The notes beneath the pieces were generated by a model. It was given only the letters and a program-made list of their open reading frames with translations. It was not told where the DNA came from and made no database searches. From a virus, in IMG/VR virus record IMGVR_UViG_3300031603_000003, positions 1-64,000 of that record: 64,000 nt of DNA; one strand, written 5' to 3'. This document shows positions 42,101 through 49,500 of the stretch, in pieces (position 1 is the stretch's first letter; every line of letters starts with the position of its first letter). The position numbers and the translations under genes are program-made.

Positions 42101-43371
42101 ATAAGTAGCTTACTGATTATCTTACTCTTGACCTGGGTAAAGGGTGCACGTTTAGCCATGGCTACTAAAGGACGTAGTTGTTCGTTGATAGCAGTCTTGC
42201 CGTTGATGTATAACGTAATGTTTATAGAAGGGCGTTGCGTGCTAACCGGTACAATAGGGTTACCATCCGTACGCATGCTATCAAACCCATAAGTTTGTCC
42301 AGTAGCATTATACCTTATAGCAGTAGGTGGTACGACGAATTCAAGATCACCTATACGGAATACATCTTCATCGTCTGCTATTTGGCTCTTAACTAAGCCG
42401 GGAGACGCGGCGTGCATACGATCTAATTTCTTATTGTACTTGAAGACGGTAGTTTGACCACGTGATACTTGTGGGGATGGCGAATCAGTAAGATCAGTAC
42501 CTTCAGGTTCACGCATTATACGGTTTATCGCTTCTGGGTCGTTAATCTGGTTAAGCGCATTCTTCATGAATGTTCTGCCAGGATTAGGTGAGTCGAAGAA
42601 ACCAACAGATGCGTTTAGAGCGTCGATGCGCTTTATTACATACCGATAAAATTCATTAACATCAATTACCCAGTCTGACTTATCTTCTGGTTGTATGTCG
42701 GTGTACACTGCTTTAGTACCGTCTACGACTTTACCTAAATGCCCATCAATACCGCGTTGTAATGTGTACCCCATGCCGTGATTGTAAGTAGCAACTTCGT
42801 TCAGGTACCACTGTACACCATTACGTCCATCTATAGTAATATTCTTCCACTTATTATATATGTCGGTATGCGCATTGTTAAAGTCTTCGACTTCATATTT
42901 ATGTGGTGTACCTTTTAACTCTTTAAACGTACACAGGACATCGAACAGTTCATCGTCCATTCTGGCTGCTAACTCGTGCAGGATATTTCCCAGTATTATA
43001 CGTCTACTGTCGTACTCACCGTCAATATTCATATTACCGATGACACGGTATTCCTTAGCCCATATAGCAGCCACTGACCACAGGAGCCACATTAGCTCGT
43101 CCATGTCGGCCGGGAGTGCTGTGTTTGGATTCACGGCAATACGCTCATAGGTATCAACTACTAGAGGACCTACTGTTAGGTTAATACCTAAACCTTTTAA
43201 TGCTGTTTGGAAGTTCTCTGTCTCTCTTTGTGCCATAAGTATAGCGTACTGGGGGTTCATCTGGTATCGACCTACTTGTCCGGCTCTATTCTCGTTACTA
43301 GTAAGTCTTTTACCGGTCTCAATAAAGGCCGCGGTCTTAATTACGTCTTCTGGTCTTATGTATATAGGCAT
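36118..43371 (-). CDS. Giant baseplate-hub protein (gp27/VgrG-like core) with N-terminal lysozyme-like motif and tube-like domains
   Basis: 'AAFIETG..GQVGRYQMNP'; hub motifs 'STAIIRLSN..IQPGTTVMVRLGYG..MYGAVTEV' and 'YQGSLVLRGDATIRP..GVIEVEEVIHSMS..GFITTI'; C-terminal hydrophobic helix. Confidence 0.72.
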   Translation of the reverse strand: MPIYIRPEDVIKTAAFIETGKRLTSNENRAGQVGRYQMNPQYAILMAQRETENFQTALKGLGINLTVGPLVVDTYERIAVNPNTALPADMDELMWLLWSVAAIWAKEYRVIGNMNIDGEYDSRRIILGNILHELAARMDDELFDVLCTFKELKGTPHKYEVEDFNNAHTDIYNKWKNITIDGRNGVQWYLNEVATYNHGMGYTLQRGIDGHLGKVVDGTKAVYTDIQPEDKSDWVIDVNEFYRYVIKRIDALNASVGFFDSPNPGRTFMKNALNQINDPEAINRIMREPEGTDLTDSPSPQVSRGQTTVFKYNKKLDRMHAASPGLVKSQIADDEDVFRIGDLEFVVPPTAIRYNATGQTYGFDSMRTDGNPIVPVSTQRPSINITLYINGKTAINEQLRPLVAMAKRAPFTQVKSKIISKLLIDRAISAEFNKDEVVPAIFPIPIVIDSISFHTVPGYPDSIQLYLTIRFFNFFPYGEMRGYEATSNPRRQEMISNNKIYDVLHRSRAYSPVSAKSGIFATQTGELITLKEPAGVQLYTTDDLGQSPEFIRFYRSQLLEFEDPIMVSKNSRWDTYNPDGAGGVTMIYNQITNLDTPATRVLNFIKSARLDLDAMLDNLKLLQQFSPSSDLRKGLEAKPGIQYIPLDIFEAAASTITGLRRLVTEANNLYKATAKEVFPDSSIRGELQGATDMFDNLQTVWINNPLAHTIAPQTSTMKDLSIMLGAELPTDTSDGSLGILSNLINSLETRFTKTADSEVGKLELKSKTYVFASSTSDMAPTTDKTVIQSVSVSYTNKLVPIDITQYNTPTYQHMGMGQFNVSMALHTNDFNFIERLNDIRLTQTGVAMQAAYATMISLGTDRVEFNDPMLQAIGATEFTVRNVVIKTLPGTTGWYAVELDMIHNPNTIDQQEKLRTVGGASIKYVKKVAPDFFPTNLVFDKYTAKLIMAKLKIDPNRTLAPKAKPGIFVDRDYLKSDFQLMINKYFREDLAYSVDFDTLLAVSPDLSANAIFASGLLNDIVTPTRDQIYAWRKAVVSDLGDSDTLNATNLTQLIERSTYQYMQYVYQAASLFLGTLLPNVFQKSDIPTSISLTDSNVHGISIAAAYSLQEHSREFMRILFVRADFNRAMKNLAKKGFTGWRGYLPNYYAKWIENNSKLVRNNYTDFSFPEDLMASVHEDDGKEVDPQPQDFHKILHPAWYFAATRIPPALLDAKIFNDHSRLELALNMSNLINNEDLDSLAGAAEVVKDMYRAELGKATSGLAKYEDSAFYEALRNGAVDRKGVSTGNPAMLVNISTLDMFKEMKEDENMAKLLADRSGEYLQFQKEQMLRYFLAVHLLQYFFLAALLNQATQVEGEVENDVTVLNRGKVLVEGVTLGNDMPGLKVLFPAINNMGNPNSEGVRSAVDKILNNRSFKDKTHVTTVLGKMINDIGEVIVRAGDTRSIDTALAGFGYTDIDAELLNVSLDKKLASQVHNNWDNHFIQAFPAFKMFLIEEDSTDWGLFDDFYTYDGIQSIDVIDSKHSASSTAIIRLSNVTGKLTSPGISQLFRDTDDPKNLERFRIQPGTTVMVRLGYGPDYRNLPVVMYGAVTEVIPGPILEIKIQSFGVELLSEMSRSITSGSMESHIGEAVLTTLSETSGLKHFGRWSIHHGKSEEFIAASNDLTKHLYTLGRIAGLSGTGVSDVDSGLLDKVKKKVVGGSAASQDVLGLYDGDVGAGTKDFVDSLIDGTNQYAMLLNFGNSLYDNIYVNNKRPQYYGFVNMVPFFNRFDDKDSFYWHINNQTTWDALWEQALYLGDYIVRPLPYNEGAYLFGGTAPRATLYFGPRDGQYKASDDPYHITGKGDEFATAIRQRILQTEEELTNSNQEDWELDPLTGLNNLEQDMQDAARKLGNAALWASKFNPVKSRFDNLFNDYYSPPLKQAAERLSNAGLPHLAQFALKYASKIMEEESFTSKTHPVSVFTQLLCWNMGDIKGNIIPQFYSALDETLSGPVTLTDRFLAGNRARRLVIFTAVKAEWAIALRADMPQFLANIKSNNYQVTGTKSQHLEDLIQLLDDDGQTGSESYQPIVEHHFASSDSHIISNEITVTEDLLSNKVSVYYPTSVKDSGVSAPHEWDKENKVISSISNELDANYIREYVSFQKNCDTSIFYDFTGLNTLGEDFVDATAGWKHAQPQAKMLADQILMNQIKPMYQGSLVLRGDATIRPWHYIHISDAVSQMSGVIEVEEVIHSMSSSGGFITTIKPNLVTSMRNTAAAIDTELMGLNATLNGLTRKVGTAWTVLKVGGELAGAKYAVKTSFKWLVEKGIASELGKRAVSFLTAFTSMFVIVGTTIAAGGIKYKTMEMKQFINAANMQLGNAPIIMSLLQYNGKAYSAGLEGIQYNRNASTIAISDIIDANYWDGIVTQWGLMNGEIGL

Positions 43372-43538
43372 TAGCTCATCTGTGCTAGTTTAATTATGTT
43401 AAGTAAATCAACATCGTTGATATATATGTCTGCGTTTACGCCATAACGCTCAAATAACATTAAACGAATACTGTCAATCTGTTCTTGTACGTCAAGCTCA
43501 TATGGCACATCAGTTAACTTTATCATTATCGTAATCAT
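43371..43538 (-). CDS. Small hypothetical protein (55 aa, not in ORF track)
   Basis: MITIMIKLTDVPYELDVQEQIDSIRLMLFERYGVNADIYINDVDLLNIIKLAQMS*; ATGA overlap upstream and TAATG overlap downstream. Confidence 0.75.
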   Translation of the reverse strand: MITIMIKLTDVPYELDVQEQIDSIRLMLFERYGVNADIYINDVDLLNIIKLAQMS

Positions 43539-46500
43539 CTTACTAAAGAGCCAGCTCTTCGGAGGTAATCTGATGAGCTAATAGCTGTGTGTCTGCGCTT
43601 CTTATTATTATATTCGTAATGTGGACGTTCAGGTACACGCATACCTTTAACCAATTGTGGTGCATTGTCTGGTGAGTTCTTCAGTTTGTCCATCAACTTA
43701 TCCTTCAATGTGGCACTCTGCTCTTTTAGGTGCACGCTCTTGCGATTACGGTACCCTTTGGTAACCTCCGACATATTTGGTGTGTCATACTGTTCGCCGC
43801 CTTTTCCGATTGTCTCCCCTACGATCTGGTTCCCAGTGTTGGGATCGAAGAATAAAGCCAGTCCGGCAACAGTTAATACTTTGCGTCCATGGTTACGTAG
43901 GAATGAGTTCTGATCTAAGGCAAAAACTGATTTAGTATATTGCTTAATCTTCTCTGTAAAGATACGTCTAGAGTTGAATTCCTCTGCCAGGGCACCACCA
44001 ACGTGCCCTTCCAATTCTAATAGTGTCTGGAATACGCTAGCACTACTACGTGCAAGACCCATACGCTTGAGCTCTGGCGCTATCATCTGGGACATCTCAG
44101 TACGTAGTACCTGATCTCTGGAGATTTGACTTTCAAGGGAACTTACGGTGATACCTTTAGTTTTATTAGCTAGATCATCCGCCGCCCCTACTGCTTGCAT
44201 TAAATCTCCTAGTTTAGCGGCATATGTATCGTCTCCTCTGCTGTTAGCATCTGTTTGTAATTGGACAAGTGTACTTCCAAGCTTATGTACAGCTATACTA
44301 GCAGTATGCCAGGACTCTAATAGTTTACCGGCTCGTAGTTGTGCTTTCTCCAGGGTAGCATCATTCATGGATGCTAGATCTTGCCTATTAGCGTGGTACG
44401 TTAATGTTAGTTTACGATCTTCACCCATACGTTTAGTAAAGTAATCTATGGATGCGTCTAGAGATGTTCTATCTTCTCCCCAGGTAACTGTATTAAGATG
44501 TCCCATCATCTTGATTAGAGATGTAACAGGGTTGCTACTAGTCTTTTCTATACCCGTACGTTGCCCTAGTTCAGCTACAAATAGGTTCATTACGTGCATG
44601 TTGCTATAACCACCCATCAAATCACTAGGAGAATGCAAGTAATCGAGAGCTTCAAGTACTGAGTTAGATGTTATACCTTTGGCGTGTAATCCTACCTCTT
44701 CCATCATTCTATTAAACATACCGCTAGCAGCTTCACGCTGTGGGCCTTCATTTAATAAGCTACCAAGTTGACGCATGACGGAGTTCGGGCCGTACGCGGC
44801 GGCATATAGTTTCTTGTGGAACCCACCAATAACTTGCGTGAATGACTTCTGTGTCATGTACGCCAGCTGCGTGTCAACCCTGCTATCCATCTCTAGTTGT
44901 TTCTTGAAGAAACTAGCAGACAGCGCTTCGGATGGATCGACAAACAAGTGTGGATTAGTACCCATAGCGGCTTTATCGAGCTTGTAGAGCTGTCTGGTTC
45001 CTCCGGGAGAACTTTCAGTGGCGAAGTTTGCTTCATCGAATATATCGGCTAGGTATGGTGTACCGCCATCTCGTTCAATCTGTATCTTCTGCCAGTCGAT
45101 CAACATATTGGTATGGTTTTCGTGACTCTGTTGGTACATTGTACGCTTGATGCCAATCTTACCTTCGCGGTCTCTCCATCCACCTATGTTGATGATAGCG
45201 GCAGTATCACCATCCTGATCAGCTCGTAGGAACTTCATCGCTAGTGGGTCTAGGAACACAGATGAGCGGGTGGAGAATCCTGCACCACCGTCATACACGG
45301 CACCGACTTGTTCTGGAAATATGTAAGTACCTCCGGCCAGCACCATTCCTTGGATGTGGGATGGGTTACGATCACGTAATTGTTTACCACTGATCTCAGC
45401 AGTAAAGAATTGGTAAGCTTCCTGATAACTAAGATCTCCAGTCTTAACTGCTTCTTTTAGCTGTCTTGCGCCTGCTTTTCCGAATACAAAACTCTCGTTT
45501 ACACCAAGTCCACGTGCACGTACTACGCCAGTTACTGGGTCTATCGGGCTACCGCCTCCAGTTATTCTGTTTAGTATAGTAGATAACTGAAGCTCGCTTT
45601 GTTTGCTAGCGACAAACTCTTGACCGAGACCCTTCTTTAACCAACCGGGAAGCTTAATCTTGGAGTCTTCTAGTACGCCTAGTGATAACTGTTCTTGCAT
45701 AGATATGAGTGTTGGGAGGATACCCATGCTATTCATGATCTTACCGTGTGACATGCTTACGGTACTAGCTGTAGATCTGAATTTAGATTGCTCGAATAAG
45801 TGACCTAGTATGCCTAAAGATGCACGATCTACTATCTCGGAGGTGAGTTCACGGCGTCTGTTGTACTCACGCATGAAGTCTTCTTCAGCTGTTTCTTTAA
45901 TACCAACATGGAAGGCAGTCTGAAAGGCACTAATAGCTTCTGCACCTTCGAGGAACTTAGAACTAGCACCTGCCATAATAGCTAACCCATCTTTGTCGTG
46001 TGGCCTGAGTATACCTGTTAAGGCTGGGAAGATGACTTCATCTATAATGTTGGGCCCGCGCTTGTCGGCGTTGCTTTCTATAAATTCACGGAATGCTTTG
46101 AATTTAGCCTTGTCCATACTACCTGCGGACTGTAACTCTCCATGTATAGCGAGATCTTTGACTGCACCCATGTGTTTTATGGAGAGTGTCATGTTCTCAG
46201 TGCCGATACGCTTCTTGATAGCCTTACGGAACGCATCACGCTCTTCATCGTTGAACTTAGACATGTCGATCTTATCCAACATTTCATCTACACTGTCTAG
46301 TTTGAAACCTCTGTACGCTGGATCATTCTTCTCTAGTGCTCCGAACAGATTATCGCTGTCGAAGAACGCGGCACGTACTTGACTGATACGTGATTCAGCC
46401 ATACCAGCAAGTTGTATATATTCTCCGGTTTGTGTATCCTGAAACTCTTGCCCAAACTGTGCCAGCATGCCGGCTGCTTTCATCTCCGGCGTAGCCCCGG

Positions 46501-49500
46501 CCCATTCCTGGGTAGTGAAATCAATATCAAATATAGATGCTTTACGTAGCTTTTCGAGTGACTCCTCTAGAGCCTTGGATCCAACTTTAGTAATCTTCTT
46601 CTTTAGTACCCTGTTACTCTCACCCTGCATGTACGCGGAGATGAGTTGTACGGTCTTGGCTGCGTCGCGGACTGGTTGTTTACCTTCCCTGTTGACATAA
46701 TTAAAGCCTAACTTAGGAGCATAGAACCCTGCCAAGTACCCGAAGTCTTCCATTGATCTTATATCATTGTGGCGGTTGCCGATACTGTCCATTACGATGG
46801 TGTTGAACATAGCCAGAGCTTTAGGTTTAAGACTAGGTAAGCCGTTGGCTTGTTCTGGGCGCATGTACATCATCCAGAAATCAGTGGCATCACTTGTTAC
46901 GGACATCGACGTTAGAATACGTAGTGCTTGTGAGGTCATGCTCAGATGACCGTACTGTACGGGAACTATATCAAATAGTGCAGCTGATGTATCATCACCT
47001 ACCTGGCTTTTCCAACGCTTGAAGTGTCTAGCTTTTAGCTTATCGCCGCTGTTAGTAGCTTGCTCTAGTAATGTACCTAATGCTTGTTTCTGTTTAGTAA
47101 GACCAGCCGCCCATTGCGATACTACCTTGGCATCATTATTCCACAGCTTTTTGGCGGACTTGTTAAACTTATCCTTTACGTAACCCCAGGTTACACCGGC
47201 TTCCTCGAGCATGTTCTCAAGGACATGTAGGTCCACCCGCTCAAGTACAGTTGTCTCAATCTTAGCTGGGATCTCTGGTACATATATTATATGATCAACC
47301 AGGTTACCGGCAGCATTAGTGGTTTTAATCTTGCGTTTTACATACTTTACCTGTGATGCTACATCAGGTCCTAGTAAGGTGGAGAATGCTTTCTCAAGTG
47401 TACGTTTAGTGTGGTCTGGTTCAGAACCGTCAAGTACTAACTTGAGTTGTATACGATTAATCTGGTGTATGATATTGGAAGCTATCTCATTACGATTACC
47501 ACCAAGCTTAATGCCAGATGCAGCTTGGGTGTACAGTGGATCTATATTTAGTCCACGACCAAAGCCCATGAGTGCGTTAATAGAAAACTTAGCTGTCTTA
47601 TCACCGTAGAATGCCTTGGTACCTACACCTCCGGGGACGTACTGCGCTAGGTTAACCGTCAGGTACCCAGTATCTGCATCATAATGAAGGGACTGTGGTA
47701 TACCTGGAATTTGACCATGATACCTAGTGTCCGCGGCTATGCTTCCTATAACAGCACCATCAGCCTTAGCGCCGAGACTGGAGCGCGTCATTCCGCCGAA
47801 TACTCTATCCTTATTGCGTACTGCTATGTCACCTCCTGGAGCCTTACCAGTTTTGATCCAGTTATTAACTAAATCCCAACCCTCTTGTTGACTATTTAGT
47901 CCAAGAGTAAAACTTCCATCAAGATGTAAGTGTAATCGTTCTTGTAGTAAGCCATCAGCTATGACCCTGTTAATGGCATTACCTATTGCTTTGTGCTTAC
48001 CGATGCCTGACAGTACTTTAACTAACTCTGCTTCAGGTAAAGCACCTGCAGAGACTGCTAGGCCGGCAGGGGATGCGGAAGATAAGTTAAGTTTAAACTG
48101 AGCCTTAACTTGCTTGATACCTTTGTACGAACTAAGGTTTTGACGTAATTCGTCCGTCACTACGAGCCCTGATTCAAATACAGGTGCGAAGCTCTCAGGC
48201 ATGAGCGTCATGACTACCATTTGGTGTGTGTGAGCGAGCTTGTTATCACTATTAATGTTATCAAGTACTCCGTACAGTGAAGAGGCTACACCTTTAGCCA
48301 TTAAATTGTAGTTAAGCTTTTCACTAGTACCGAGGCGGTCACTAATGAACTTATTAAACTTATCAGTATCATCAAATGATCCACTATACTGCGCAGATAC
48401 ATATTGTCTGATAGTAGCACTAGCCTCTGTCTCTAGTACACCACCATGTCCATAGATACCAGTCATTGGTCCATTGGGGTTCAAGACACGGGCGGAGAGT
48501 ACCTGGTACTTTTCACGAGAGAAGTTGTTCAGCAGACCGAAGGGCATTACACCCTCCAGTGAAAGTAATGTACCGCGAAGGTCGGAGGCTGAATGTCTAG
48601 GTTGGGACATCAACGATAGACCTAGGCTATGTGCCGGCGCGCCGTTGACTCCCCACTTGTCATAGATACCGAAAAGTTCTTGATTCTGTGCAGCAATATC
48701 TAGACTACGATGCCACTCGGCGCTTTGTCCACCCTTCTGCAGGTAGTTGGCTGCTACTTCAGTGTACTCCCGTATTCTACGTTTCTCCCTGGAGCCCATA
48801 TCATTGTACAGTCTTTTAATACCGAAGTAATTCAGTACAGATACCATGGAGTCAAATTGTGCTAAGTGACCAGTAGCCGTACCATCAAATTTGAGATGTA
48901 AGTCGTTGGCTTGAATAAGTCCTAGTATACGATTAGCATCCTTTATACGTCCCTGGTCAAACCCGCGCAATACACCTGCTTTATTCTGGTGTGTTGATGG
49001 GTTAGCTATATTCTGCGCGTACTGCAGTATATCTGAGAACTCATCCGTGGACACATTGTAGATATCTTTGAAGATGTCAGTCTGTGACTCAGCTTTATTC
49101 TGTCCCATCTTTAGTACATGATAGGCACTCTGTATATTAAAATGAGAAAAGGTTTCACTTCGTGGATCAGTATTAAATAACTTACTAAGTATATTCTTGA
49201 ACTTGGTCTTAAGCTTTCTAGTTAACCCTAACTCCGAGTTCAAGGCTCTTTCCATCAACGGGATATCAGCTTGTGTATGTGCTTGTCCTATGAAGATTAC
49301 AGGGAATAGGTCATCCCCTCTATCAGCAGACATGGCGTTTATACCGGTAGACATGTTATCCAACATCTGTATTAACATCTTCGCCGGTGTACTGGTGGTC
49401 TCTTCAAGTGCTTTAATTATCTTATTAGCTTCGCCGCGGTCGCCTACTTGTTGTAACACCCAGTCCTTGACACGTTGGGTTAACACTTCATCCATACCAA

